The notes beneath the pieces are model-generated. The model was not told the DNA's origin. It did no database searches and saw only the letters and a program-made list of their open reading frames with translations. This document shows positions 9,459 to 18,817 of a DNA stretch of 32,000 nt, piece after piece. The DNA comes from Escherichia coli O111:H8 (GTDB lineage: Bacteria > Pseudomonadota > Gammaproteobacteria > Enterobacterales > Enterobacteriaceae), in NCBI RefSeq assembly GCF_050704245.1, contig NZ_CP077585.1; one strand, written 5' to 3'. The position numbers were made by a program, and so were the translations under genes. Position 1 is the first letter of the stretch. Every line of letters starts with the position of its first letter.

Positions 9459-9836
9459 ATGTTGGACAGAATTTTATCTATTCGTAAAAGCAGAGCGAAC
9501 CGATTGAGAGAATCAATGGCTAAGATTAACTCTCAGATAAAAGAGGTGGATGGTAAACTCGATGACTGCGAGCAATCCATTAAAGAGTCGATTGCCTCTA
9601 AGCAGGCGTATTGTGCATCGCTGGTGAATTTGGATAAAGTGTCGTTGTATAAATATCAGATTAAAAACAATGCATTTGATGAGCAAAAGCAGCGATTGTA
9701 TGAGAAAAAATCCTCCATTTCGAAGGAGAAACGTTCATTGCTAGATTCACAAAAACGAACAAAAGAGAATCTGCAACATGTTAATAAATCAGTAGAAAAA
9801 TTATCTTTTGCCATAAAGGAACATTACTTTGACTAG
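9459..9836 (+). CDS. escO: EscO (Orf15/EscA), FliJ/YscO-like stalk protein
   Basis: 125 aa, Lys/Glu-rich and predicted coiled coil. It lies directly after escN. Confidence 0.8.
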   Translation: MLDRILSIRKSRANRLRESMAKINSQIKEVDGKLDDCEQSIKESIASKQAYCASLVNLDKVSLYKYQIKNNAFDEQKQRLYEKKSSISKEKRSLLDSQKRTKENLQHVNKSVEKLSFAIKEHYFD

Positions 9837-10245
9837 AGTTTCTCTAAAAAGAAATTTGATAGAGCCTGTTTCTTTTCGGCCATCAGATGATTGGCCGCAA
9901 GGAGAAGAAAGTTTTAATGATATTTTTAATCATATAAAAAAAAGATCGCCTGATACGTTGTTCATACGAATGGCTTCTTTATGGAAGAGATTGTTTTACT
10001 CCTCGGGCCGACGACGACGCTACTTTGAAGAAGGGGAGCAGTCGTTTAGTATTCTTTGTGGAAGATTACGAGGAATTGTTTTAACAATTAAATGTAGTAA
10101 CGGAATCATTTATCTGTCTATTACAGTAAGCCCCAATAATAGAAATCATGTTTTTTTATATCATAAAAAAGACTATGTTTTCGATAAGTTAAAAGAAATC
10201 TTTCCTGATGAAACCATTGAGTTCACAATTGAATATGAAAATTAA
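9829..10245 (+). CDS. escP: EscP (Orf16), needle-length ruler / substrate-switch protein
   Basis: A 138-aa ORF that starts at a TTG 8 nt inside escO. It sits between escO and sepQ. Confidence 0.78.
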   Translation: MTRVSLKRNLIEPVSFRPSDDWPQGEESFNDIFNHIKKRSPDTLFIRMASLWKRLFYSSGRRRRYFEEGEQSFSILCGRLRGIVLTIKCSNGIIYLSITVSPNNRNHVFLYHKKDYVFDKLKEIFPDETIEFTIEYEN

Positions 10246-11125
10246 CGATTTTTATTTGCCATTGTTGCCAGTCATCGGAACCGGTCGCCTCTATATTACG
10301 TCCGAAGGTCATGCGTGCCATGCATATTTTCGTGAAGTCAGCGGTCATGGTATTCGTTTCACGTTGACATACTCGGGCTATGAGGGGCGTTTTTGGATAT
10401 CAGAAGAACAGTTCATTCAGTGGTGCCAGGAGTTATTCCCGTATAGCGAAAGCCGGCTGATACCGGAAGATACGATAAAACTCATGATCTTATGGGTAAT
10501 GCAGACTGCCTTACCGGAAGGTGATGTGTCAGTTGATGATGTTCAATTTACGATGCTAAATAAAGATGTTTATCCGGTAATAGAAAATAATAATGGAAAA
10601 AACAGACTTAATGTAATTATACTCGAAACAACGGTACAAAGTTTACAATATCTGATTAATGATAATTGGCAATTTGTTCCACATTCTAATACGCTTTTTT
10701 TTGATGGCTATATCGTACCTGGGTGGACTGATTATCCGGTTACAGAGTTGAGAGTTGGTGATAGTCTGAGACTCTATCATGTTGATGATAGTCAAGAGAG
10801 AAGGTGTTGGCTTGTTATTAATAACCCTTTGGCAACCGTAAAGTTGAGCGATAATAACTTATCTATTACGGATGTTCAGGCCGCAGATCCGTTATGTACT
10901 ATCAGCAGTGAGACTGTAATGAATCGCATTTATTGTGCGATTGGCACAATAAATGTTGATATACATATGTTGCGTAATGTCCAAAAAGATGACATTATCG
11001 ATTCAACGGGATATCATCTTTTGGGTGGGTGCCAGTTAGTACGGAATAATATCACAATAGCATACGGAAGTATTATAAAAATCAACGAAGATTTTTATTT
11101 TACTATTAGCGTAGTATGTGATTAA
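10208..11125 (+). CDS. sepQ: SepQ (EscQ), T3SS sorting-platform / C-ring protein (SpoA family)
   Basis: 305 aa with a C-terminal FliN/SpoA-like region. It overlaps escP by 38 nt. Confidence 0.9.
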   Translation: MKPLSSQLNMKINDFYLPLLPVIGTGRLYITSEGHACHAYFREVSGHGIRFTLTYSGYEGRFWISEEQFIQWCQELFPYSESRLIPEDTIKLMILWVMQTALPEGDVSVDDVQFTMLNKDVYPVIENNNGKNRLNVIILETTVQSLQYLINDNWQFVPHSNTLFFDGYIVPGWTDYPVTELRVGDSLRLYHVDDSQERRCWLVINNPLATVKLSDNNLSITDVQAADPLCTISSETVMNRIYCAIGTINVDIHMLRNVQKDDIIDSTGYHLLGGCQLVRNNITIAYGSIIKINEDFYFTISVVCD

Positions 11126-11155
11126 TCAGGAGTGCGTTATATAGGGAGGTGTATG

Positions 11156-11665
11156 ATGTCGTCATCATTATCAGGTATAACATTCGCGACTTCTTTGACA
11201 AGCAATCAAGCGTCATGGAGTAAGTTGACCCGAACTCTTCATATATCGAATGATGATACAGTAGATGAACTGCAACTTAAAGCACGCATGCAGCAGCGTC
11301 ACCACCGGGTTTTTCCAGACATTGATGACTATTCAGTTATCAATTTTCGGGGAAAAGAGTATGCTGTCCGCTTCATTAAAGAGAATGATAATTATGTATA
11401 CAAAGTACATAAGATAACTCAGGAAAGTGGATGTTTCTCAAAGATATTTAGCTTTTTGTATGGAGGCGTTACGAAGGCCCTGGAAAGTAAATTAAATGAG
11501 AGACACATTACGCCACTTTCTTCAACCTGGTTTCCTCGCACTGCACTGGAAGGCTTTTTAACTGAAAGAGGGCTTTCTTCTTTGTTACGTCGCGTACAGT
11601 CTACAGAAGGTGTGAACCCTCCAGAGAATACTACATTCAACTCTTTATCAGGCGTGATGGGTTAA
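11156..11665 (+). CDS. espH: EspH, effector that inhibits RhoGEFs
   Basis: The ORF opens at a GTG at 11132. A GGGAGG RBS at 11144..11149 favours the ATG at 11156 (or 11153). The product (MSSSLSGITFATSLTSNQ...) is the last gene of LEE3. Confidence 0.85.
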   Translation: MSSSLSGITFATSLTSNQASWSKLTRTLHISNDDTVDELQLKARMQQRHHRVFPDIDDYSVINFRGKEYAVRFIKENDNYVYKVHKITQESGCFSKIFSFLYGGVTKALESKLNERHITPLSSTWFPRTALEGFLTERGLSSLLRRVQSTEGVNPPENTTFNSLSGVMG

Positions 11666-11693
11666 GTATTATTTTATGTTATTTTCATTTTCT

Positions 11694-11718
11694 CCCCAGA
11701 ATGTTTTCTGTTCTGGGG
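11694..11718 (+). terminator. Candidate hairpin terminator after espH
   Basis: CCCCAGAA-tgttttctg-TTCTGGGG forms an 8-bp stem 29 nt after the espH stop. The T-run is not immediately adjacent (cgatgtttcattattttttt), so the call is weak. Confidence 0.3.
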
Positions 11719-11843
11719 CGATGTTTCATTATTTTTTTGAAGTGTTTCAAGGATAGAGCACTGCAGTTTTTTGTGAAATATGAACTGAATGGATGCTACC
11801 ATCCAGTTCATATTATAAATTTCCGAAGTAAAGAGCAAACAAA

Positions 11844-12206
11844 TCAAAGTGAAAGTGATTTTATTATTTCTTTTTTTACTAGATATCCGTTTTCCATTAA
11901 ATTAGTAAATTCTGTTATATCTATTTTATTGGTGGGGAATGCAATATTTAAAAAGATTTTATCATCTTTTGATGATAAAAAGAACATACCAAGCATTTCT
12001 CGGTTATTATTTATTTTTAATATTTTATTGATTTGATCTGGTTCGTTGTTTGATAGGTAACAATAAAAAAACAAAATTTCTGATTGAGGGGCGCACTCGA
12101 GTATCCACTCATGACCATCGTTATCGTGAAAAGCGAGGGCATCAGTTTGCTCTTCCAGTGTTATCCCAAACGTATGTGCAAGATCTTTGCAAAATTGTTC
12201 ATTCAT
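11844..12206 (-). CDS. cesF: CesF, chaperone for EspF
   Basis: 120 aa (MNEQFCKDLAHTFGITLEEQTDALAFHDNDGHEWILE...) with class I chaperone-like size and acidity. It lies between espH and map on the opposite strand (rorf10 position). Confidence 0.9.
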   Translation of the reverse strand: MNEQFCKDLAHTFGITLEEQTDALAFHDNDGHEWILECAPQSEILFFYCYLSNNEPDQINKILKINNNREMLGMFFLSSKDDKIFLNIAFPTNKIDITEFTNLMENGYLVKKEIIKSLSL

Positions 12207-12470
12207 ATTGTAGTCCTGTCATTCTTATAACGCTGATGTGTTTATAGGTAATTGATTTGTGAGCTCTTACACAAATAGCAAGGAGAAACAATATAACATG
12301 TAAGTAATAATGTTGCATACTTATGATAGCATATGATAAATGTAGTGCAACCACCCATAAATATTGCTGGAGGAGAATTAAAGTTATAAAATAATGTTAT
12401 AGCTTTATTTATTCATTTTGTTTTATAGGTATAAATGTTATTTTTTATGTGATTTATAAAGGTTTATTGC

Positions 12471-13082
12471 ATGTTTAGTCCAACGGCAATGGTAGGTAGG
12501 GCGTTAGCTCAGGCGGTTACACAAACTCTTAGACCAGCAGTAACCAAGGCTGCGACGCAAGCGGGCATGGGGGCCAATGGGATGAGGTTCGCAGCTATGC
12601 AGTCGAACCTTATGATTAATCATGGCAAACTGACTAACCAGCTACTACAGGCCGTAGCCAAACAAACGGGTAGTAGCGATACCCAGCAATGGTTCAAGCA
12701 GGAGCAGATTACTTTTTTATCCAGAACAGTAAACAAAACTGTGGATGACTATTGCATGAGTAATAATTCGGTAATTAATAAGGAGACTAAATTTCGCATT
12801 TTTAAAGCGGTTGAAAGCGCGATACAGCAGCCTCTCGATATGAACTGTGCACAATCATCAATTGGTCACTTTTTGCAATCCAATAAATATTTTAATCAGA
12901 AAGTTGATGAGCAGTGTGGTAAAGGCGTGGATCCCATTACTCGTTTTAACACTCAGACTAAGATGATAGAACTGGTCTCACGCGAAATCTTTGAACAGAA
13001 TTTTAACACCGCGAAAGTCAGTGATATCAAGGCTCTAACTCAGAGGGCGATTGCAGAAAATGTGCAGGATACTCGGCTGTAG
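12471..13082 (+). CDS. map: Map, mitochondria-associated WxxxE effector (Cdc42 GEF mimic)
   Basis: 203 aa with a WxxxE motif (WFKQE) and a C-terminal PDZ-binding TRL. Confidence 0.95.
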   Translation: MFSPTAMVGRALAQAVTQTLRPAVTKAATQAGMGANGMRFAAMQSNLMINHGKLTNQLLQAVAKQTGSSDTQQWFKQEQITFLSRTVNKTVDDYCMSNNSVINKETKFRIFKAVESAIQQPLDMNCAQSSIGHFLQSNKYFNQKVDEQCGKGVDPITRFNTQTKMIELVSREIFEQNFNTAKVSDIKALTQRAIAENVQDTRL

Positions 13083-13404
13083 GGGAGGGACTTACTGCTC
13101 TGTTATTTGTTTGTTCTTGATGCAAAAAGGTCCCTATAGGCGCTTAAAATAAAATATTATTTTTTAATCCATAATTAAATTTTCGCACATAAAAATTATA
13201 ATTAACTTTTGCGATAATTATATAATGATTTTGATTATGTGATTTTTTTAGTTGGAAATACAGACATGCATTTGGGGGGCATTATTTTGCTTGCATCAAA
13301 AATTAGACTGTGATTTATTTGGTTTATGCTCAGCTGTTTTATCGGCCGCATACCGTTACGTCGATAAAGGATAATGTCAAATTTCTAAATAAAAGGATAT
13401 ATGT
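13083..13404 (+). promoter_or_regulatory. LEE5 (tir) promoter and upstream silencing region
   Basis: A 322-bp extremely AT-rich spacer with long A/T tracts lies upstream of tir. Established LEE biology places the Ler-activated, H-NS-silenced LEE5 promoter here. Exact hexamers were not assigned. Confidence 0.55.
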
Positions 13405-15060
13405 ATGCCTATTGGTAACCTTGGTAATAATGTAAATAGCAATAATTTAATTCCGCCTGCGCCGCCACTACCTTCACAAACAGACGGCGCGTCACGGGGA
13501 GGAGCGGGTCAACTAATTAACTCTACAGGAGCATTAGGATCTCGTTTATTGTTTTCTCCCCTGAGAAATTCTATAGCTGATTCTGTCGATTCCAGAGATA
13601 TTCCAGGACTTCCTGTACACCCATCGAGGCTTGCTACTGCTACATCAGAGATATGCTTGCTTGGAGGATTTGAAGTTCTCCATGATAAGGGACCACTTGA
13701 TACTCTCAATAAGCAAATTGGAGCCTCTGCATTTCGTATTGAACAGCAGTCAGATGGTTCTTATGCCGCTATTGGAGAAAAAAATGGTGTAGAGGTTAGC
13801 GTTATATTAAATTCTCAAGAATTGCAAAGCTTGCAAGCTATCGATATTGAGGATAAAGGCCGATTTGTTTTTACCGGGGGACGTGGTGGTGGTGGGCATT
13901 CCATGGTCACTCCTGCATCAGATATCGCAGAAGCTCGTGCGAAAATACTGGCCAAATTAGACCCAAACAATCATGGGGGAAGTCAAGCCAGGAACGTTGA
14001 TACGCGTTCTGTTGGTGTTGGAAGTGCTTCGGGAATGGATGATAGCGTTGTTAGCGAAACTCGTACTTCATCAACAGCTTCCAGCGTTCGTTCAGATCCT
14101 AAATTCTGGGTTTCTATCGGCGCAATTGCTGCTGGTTTAGCGGGGCTGGCGGCTACTGGTATTACACAGGCGTTGGCTTTGACACCGGAACCGGATGATC
14201 CTACAACCACCGATCCTGAGCAGGCTGCAAGTGCTGCAGAAAGTGCGACAAGAGATCAGTTAACGCAAGAAGCATTCAAGAATCCTGAGAACCAGAAAGT
14301 TAGCATTGATGAGATCGGAAATTCTATTCCGTCTGGGGAATTAAAAGATGATGTTGTTGCTAAAATAGAAGAACAAGCTAAAGAGGCGGGTGAGGCGGCC
14401 AGACAGCAGGCTGTTGAAAGCAATGCACAGGCGCAGCAGCGATATGATACTCAGTATGCCAGACGTCAGGAGGAATTAGAGCTTTCATCGGGTATTGGTT
14501 ACAGCCTCAGCAGTGCATTGATTGTTGGTGGGGGAATTGGTGCTGGTGTAACGACTGCGCTTCATAGACGAAATCAGCCGGCAGAACAAACAACGACAAC
14601 AACAACACATACGGTAGTGCAGCAGCAGACCGGAGGGAATACCCCAGCACAAGGTGGCACTGATGCCATAAGAGCGGAAGACACATCTCTGAATAGACGT
14701 GATTCGCAGAGGAGTACGGCATCGACACACTGGTCAGATACTTCTAGCGCAGTGGTTAATCCATATGCTGAAGTTGGGGAGGCTCGGAATAGTTCACCGG
14801 CTCGTCAGGCAGAAGAGCATATTTACGATGAGGTCGCTGCAGATCCTAATTATAGCGTCATTCAAAATTTCTCAGGGAATAACCAAGTTACCGGAAGGTT
14901 AATGGGAACTCCAGGGCAAGGTATCCAAAGTACTTATGCGATTCTGACAAACAACAGCGCTGGATTGCGTTTAGGTATGGGTGGATTAACGGGGAGTGGC
15001 GGGAGCGCAGTAAATACTGCAAATGCCGCACCAACGCCGGGACCAGGACGTTTCGTTTAA
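13405..15060 (+). CDS. tir: Tir, translocated intimin receptor
   Basis: 551 aa with two TM helices (FWVSIGAIAAGLAGLAATGITQALAL and GYSLSSALIVGGGIGAGVTTAL) flanking the intimin-binding domain. It has NPY at 452-454, EEHIYDEV with Tyr474, and a C-terminal PGPGRFV. Confidence 0.97.
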   Translation: MPIGNLGNNVNSNNLIPPAPPLPSQTDGASRGGAGQLINSTGALGSRLLFSPLRNSIADSVDSRDIPGLPVHPSRLATATSEICLLGGFEVLHDKGPLDTLNKQIGASAFRIEQQSDGSYAAIGEKNGVEVSVILNSQELQSLQAIDIEDKGRFVFTGGRGGGGHSMVTPASDIAEARAKILAKLDPNNHGGSQARNVDTRSVGVGSASGMDDSVVSETRTSSTASSVRSDPKFWVSIGAIAAGLAGLAATGITQALALTPEPDDPTTTDPEQAASAAESATRDQLTQEAFKNPENQKVSIDEIGNSIPSGELKDDVVAKIEEQAKEAGEAARQQAVESNAQAQQRYDTQYARRQEELELSSGIGYSLSSALIVGGGIGAGVTTALHRRNQPAEQTTTTTTHTVVQQQTGGNTPAQGGTDAIRAEDTSLNRRDSQRSTASTHWSDTSSAVVNPYAEVGEARNSSPARQAEEHIYDEVAADPNYSVIQNFSGNNQVTGRLMGTPGQGIQSTYAILTNNSAGLRLGMGGLTGSGGSAVNTANAAPTPGPGRFV

Positions 15061-15088
15061 ATATATCTGTGAGTATTTAGTTAAGGTT

Positions 15089-15099
15089 GGGGGGGGGGG
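15089..15099 (+). repeat. G11 homopolymeric tract in the tir-cesT spacer
   Basis: Direct count of ttaaggtt-GGGGGGGGGGG-acg gives 11 G. The tract lies 29 nt after the tir stop. Confidence 0.95.
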
Positions 15100-15193
15100 A
15101 CGTTTTACTAACGTTAATGTTTCAGAGAACAACGTTGCAGCATGGGTAACTCTTGAACTTCTGTAATTATAAATTCAATTAAGAGAAATTATA

Positions 15194-15664
15194 ATGTCAT
15201 CAAGATCTGAACTTTTATTAGATAGGTTTGCAGAAAAAATTGGTGTTGGATCTATTTCCTTTAATGAAAACAGATTATGTTCTTTTGCTATTGATGAAAT
15301 TTATTATATTTCGTTATCTGATGCCAGTGACGAATATATGATGATTTATGGCGTCTGTGGGAAATTCCCGACAGATAACCCTAACTTCGCTCTTGAGATT
15401 TTGAATGCAAACTTATGGTTTGCAGAGAATGGTGGGCCATACCTGTGTTACGAGTCAGGAGCACAATCGTTGTTGTTAGCGTTACGTTTCCCGCTCGATG
15501 ATGCTACCCCTGAAAAACTTGAGAATGAAATAGAAGTCGTTGTTAAGTCAATGGAAAACCTGTATTTGGTATTACATAATCAGGGAATAACATTAGAAAA
15601 CGAACATATGAAGATAGAGGAAATTAGCTCAAGCGATAATAAACATTATTATGCCGGAAGATAA
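15194..15664 (+). CDS. cesT: CesT, multi-effector class I chaperone (Tir, Map and others)
   Basis: 156 aa ([44 protein letters not shown]...) matches CesT. It lies between tir and eae. Confidence 0.96.
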   Translation: MSSRSELLLDRFAEKIGVGSISFNENRLCSFAIDEIYYISLSDASDEYMMIYGVCGKFPTDNPNFALEILNANLWFAENGGPYLCYESGAQSLLLALRFPLDDATPEKLENEIEVVVKSMENLYLVLHNQGITLENEHMKIEEISSSDNKHYYAGR

Positions 15665-15721
15665 AATCTATTTATTAATCTAATTTACTACTCATTCTAA
15701 CTCATTGTGGGGACCCCAAAC

Positions 15722-18529
15722 ATGATTACTCATGGTTTTTATGCCCGGACCCGGCACAAGCATAAGCTAAAAAAAACATTTATTATGCTTAGCGCTGGTT
15801 TAGGATTGTTTTTTTATGTTAACCAGAACTCATTTGCAAACGGTGAAAATTATTTTAAATTGAGTTCAGATTCAAAACTGTTAACTCAAAATGTTGCTCA
15901 GGATCGCCTTTTTTATACGTTGAAAACAGGTGAAACTGTTTCCAGTATTTCTAAATCACAAGGTATCAGTTTATCCGTAATTTGGTCACTGAATAAACAT
16001 TTATACAGTTCCGAAAGCGAAATGCTGAAGGCTGCGCCTGGCCAGCAGATCATTTTGCCACTCAAAAAACTGTCTGTTGAATATGGTGCCTTACCTGTCT
16101 TAGGTTCGGCACCTGTTGTTGCTGCAGGTGGTGTCGCTGGGCATACAAATAAAATGACTAAAATGTCCCCGGACGCGACTCAAAGCAACATGACTGATGA
16201 CAAGGCTCTAAATTATACGGCACAACAGGCCGCGAGCCTTGGTAGCCAGCTTCAGTCGCGCTCTCTGCACGGCGATTACGCGAAAGATACCGCTCTTGGT
16301 ATCGCGGGTAACCAGGCTTCGTCACAGTTGCAGGCCTGGTTACAACATTATGGAACGGCAGAGGTTAATCTGCAGAGTGGTAATAACTTTGACGGTAGTT
16401 CACTGGATTTCTTATTACCGTTCTATGATTCCGAAAAAATGCTGGCATTTGGTCAGGTCGGAGCGCGTTACATTGACTCCCGCTTTACGGCAAATTTAGG
16501 TGCGGGTCAGCGTTTTTTCCTTCCTGAAAACATGTTGGGCTATAACGTCTTCATTGATCAGGATTTTTCTGGTGATAATACCCGTTTAGGTATTGGTGGC
16601 GAATACTGGCGAGACTATTTCAAAAGTAGCGTTAACGGCTATTTCCGCATGAGCGGCTGGCATGAGTCATACAATAAGAAAGACTATGATGAGCGCCCAG
16701 CAAATGGCTTCGATATCCGCTTTAATGGCTATCTACCATCATACCCGGCATTAGGCGCCAAGCTGATGTATGAGCAGTATTATGGTGATAATGTTGCTTT
16801 GTTTAATTCCGATAAGCTGCAGTCGAATCCTGGTGCGGCGACCGTTGGTGTAAACTATACTCCGATTCCTCTGGTGACGATGGGGATCGATTACCGTCAT
16901 GGTACGGGTAATGAAAATGATCTTCTTTACTCAATGCAGCTTCGTTATCAGTTTGATAAACCGTGGTCTCAGCAAATTGAGCCACAGTATGTTAACGAGT
17001 TAAGAACATTATCAGGCAGCCGTTACGATCTGGTTCAGCGTAATAACAATATTATTCTGGAGTACAAGAAGCAGGATATTCTTTCTCTGAATATTCCGCA
17101 TGATATTAATGGTACTGAACACAGTACGCAGAAGATTCAATTGATCGTTAAGAGCAAATACGGTCTGGATCGTATCGTCTGGGATGATAGTGCATTACGT
17201 AGCCAGGGCGGTCAGATTCAGCATAGCGGAAGCCAAAGCGCACAAGATTACCAGGCTATTTTGCCGGCTTATGTGCAAGGCGGTAGCAATATTTATAAAG
17301 TGACGGCTCGTGCCTATGACCGTAATGGCAATAGCTCTAACAATGTACAGCTCACTATTACCGTTCTGTCGAATGGTCAGGTGGTCGACCAGGTTGGGGT
17401 AACGGACTTTACGGCTGATAAGACTTCGGCTAAAGCGGATGGCACCGAGGCGATTACTTATACCGCGACGGTGAAAAAGAATGGGGTAACTCAGGCTAAT
17501 GTCCCTGTTTCATTTAATATTGTTTCAGGAACTGCAACTCTTGGGGCAAATAGTGCCACAACGGATGCTAACGGTAAGGCAACTGTAACGTTGAAGTCGA
17601 GTACGCCAGGGCAGGTAGTCGTGTCTGCTAAAACCGCGGAGATGACTTCAGCACTTAATGCCAGTGCGGTTATATTTGTTGAGCAAACCAAGGCCAGTAT
17701 TACTGAGATTAAGGCTGATAAGACAACTGCAGTAGCAAATGGTAATGATGCTGTTACATACACTGTTAAAGTGATGAAAGAGGGTCAGCCAGTGCAGGGA
17801 CACTCCGTTGCATTCACAACAAACTTTGGGATGTTCAACGGTAAGTCTCAGACGCAAAATGCGACCACGGGAAGTGATGGTCGTGCGACGATAACACTGA
17901 CTTCCAGTTCCGCAGGTAAAGCGACTGTTAGTGCGACTGTTAGTGGTGGGAATGATGTTAAAGCACCTGAGGTTACATTTTTTGATGGACTGAAAATTGA
18001 CAACAAGGTTGATATTCTTGGTAAGAACGTTACTGGTGACTTACCTAATATCTGGTTGCAATATGGTCAGTTTAAACTGAAGGTAAGCGGTGGTAATGGT
18101 ACATATTCATGGCATTCAGAGAATACCAATATTGCGACTGTTGATGAATCAGGGAAAGTAACCTTGAAAGGAAAAGGTACTGCAGTAATTAATGTTACAT
18201 CTGGTGATAAGCAAACAGTAAGCTACACTATTAAAGCTCCGAATTATATGATAAGAGTGGGTAATAAAGCCAGTTATGCAAATGCTATGTCCTTTTGTGG
18301 AAATTTATTACCATCCTCACAGACGGTATTATCAAACGTTTATAATTCATGGGGGCCTGCAAACGGATATGACCATTATCGTTCTATGCAGTCAATAACA
18401 GCTTGGATTACACAAACTGAAGCTGATAAAATATCAGGAGTATCAACTACTTATGACTTAATAACACAAAACCCTCATAAGGATGTTACGCTAAACGCTC
18501 CAAATGTCTATGCAGTTTGTGTAGAATAA
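15722..18529 (+). CDS. eae: Intimin (outer-membrane adhesin, inverse autotransporter)
   Basis: The ORF opens at a GTG at 15707, but the canonical intimin N-terminus (MITHGFYARTRHKHKLKKT) starts at the ATG at 15722, giving 935 aa. It has a LysM segment, a beta-barrel, two tandem Big domains (TDFTADKTSAKADG... and TEIKADKTTAVANG...) and a C-type-lectin-like end (...NVYAVCVE). The subtype is not assignable without comparison. Confidence 0.96.
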   Translation: MITHGFYARTRHKHKLKKTFIMLSAGLGLFFYVNQNSFANGENYFKLSSDSKLLTQNVAQDRLFYTLKTGETVSSISKSQGISLSVIWSLNKHLYSSESEMLKAAPGQQIILPLKKLSVEYGALPVLGSAPVVAAGGVAGHTNKMTKMSPDATQSNMTDDKALNYTAQQAASLGSQLQSRSLHGDYAKDTALGIAGNQASSQLQAWLQHYGTAEVNLQSGNNFDGSSLDFLLPFYDSEKMLAFGQVGARYIDSRFTANLGAGQRFFLPENMLGYNVFIDQDFSGDNTRLGIGGEYWRDYFKSSVNGYFRMSGWHESYNKKDYDERPANGFDIRFNGYLPSYPALGAKLMYEQYYGDNVALFNSDKLQSNPGAATVGVNYTPIPLVTMGIDYRHGTGNENDLLYSMQLRYQFDKPWSQQIEPQYVNELRTLSGSRYDLVQRNNNIILEYKKQDILSLNIPHDINGTEHSTQKIQLIVKSKYGLDRIVWDDSALRSQGGQIQHSGSQSAQDYQAILPAYVQGGSNIYKVTARAYDRNGNSSNNVQLTITVLSNGQVVDQVGVTDFTADKTSAKADGTEAITYTATVKKNGVTQANVPVSFNIVSGTATLGANSATTDANGKATVTLKSSTPGQVVVSAKTAEMTSALNASAVIFVEQTKASITEIKADKTTAVANGNDAVTYTVKVMKEGQPVQGHSVAFTTNFGMFNGKSQTQNATTGSDGRATITLTSSSAGKATVSATVSGGNDVKAPEVTFFDGLKIDNKVDILGKNVTGDLPNIWLQYGQFKLKVSGGNGTYSWHSENTNIATVDESGKVTLKGKGTAVINVTSGDKQTVSYTIKAPNYMIRVGNKASYANAMSFCGNLLPSSQTVLSNVYNSWGPANGYDHYRSMQSITAWITQTEADKISGVSTTYDLITQNPHKDVTLNAPNVYAVCVE

Positions 18530-18542
18530 TTTAAAATCCTTT

Positions 18543-18574
18543 CCCCGGCTAAAAATATATTATTTTAGCTGGGG
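18543..18574 (+). terminator. Rho-independent terminator of eae / LEE5
   Basis: CCCCGGCTAAAA-atatatta-TTTTAGCTGGGG forms a 12-bp stem with one G:T pair. It begins 14 nt after the eae stop and is followed by T-rich sequence. Confidence 0.6.
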
Positions 18575-18780
18575 AATTATTGTTGTTTCTTTATTATCTT
18601 CTTCTTAATAAGTAACGTCCTAGAATCAACATCTCCTGTTGGTTAATAAGTTAATCTCAAAGAAACATATTCACGTTTCCTCATGTAGCGACTCGACTAC
18701 TTTCAACGAGCCAACCTCGCTAATACCAAAGCTGAATCACATCAAGCAACAACTATGCTCACAACATCCATACAATAAAT

Positions 18781-18801
18781 AAAAAAACCCTCCGAAGAGG
18801 G
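18781..18801 (-). terminator. Rho-independent terminator of escD
   Basis: The minus strand reads CCCTC-ttcg-GAGGG followed by TTTTTTT. The hairpin starts 17 nt past the escD stop. Confidence 0.65.
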
Positions 18802-18817
18802 GGAAGATGACAAGACG

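Noticed and set aside
11701-12247. Plus-strand ORFs 11701..12036 (111 aa) and 12050..12247 (65 aa) in the espH-map interval
   Set aside because: Both mostly overlap cesF on the opposite strand, and cesF matches a known chaperone. The plus-strand products are Ile/Phe/Lys-rich AT-bias artefacts.
14587-14610. Poly-threonine run (TTTTTTH) in Tir encoded by ACA/ACG repeats, considered as a slippage-prone tract
   Set aside because: The codons are mixed (acaacgacaacaacaacacat) rather than forming a perfect microsatellite. A Thr run at this position is, as I recall, a common feature of Tir proteins.
13509-14902. Alternate-frame and antisense ORFs inside tir (13509..13709, 13983..14210, 14485..14730, 14507..14728, 14699..14902)
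   Set aside because: The Tir frame is unambiguous. The relatively GC- and Ala/Gly/Thr-rich coding sequence naturally opens long spurious frames.
15707-15721. GTG start five codons upstream of the intimin ATG, and the small palindrome TGGGGACCCCA
   Set aside because: The canonical intimin N-terminus begins MITHG at 15722. The 5-bp palindrome is too short to interpret.
16239-17857. ORFs within eae (16239..16499, 16803..16985, 17491..17763, 17648..17857)
   Set aside because: They lie inside the continuous 935-aa intimin frame and have no independent signals.
18575-18780. About 200 bp of unassigned sequence between the eae and escD terminators, considered as a possible sRNA
   Set aside because: I could identify no promoter-like hexamers, and there is no plus-strand terminator (the 18788..18801 hairpin has its T-run only on the minus strand). 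There is no conserved structure I can recognise. It cannot be supported without transcriptome data.
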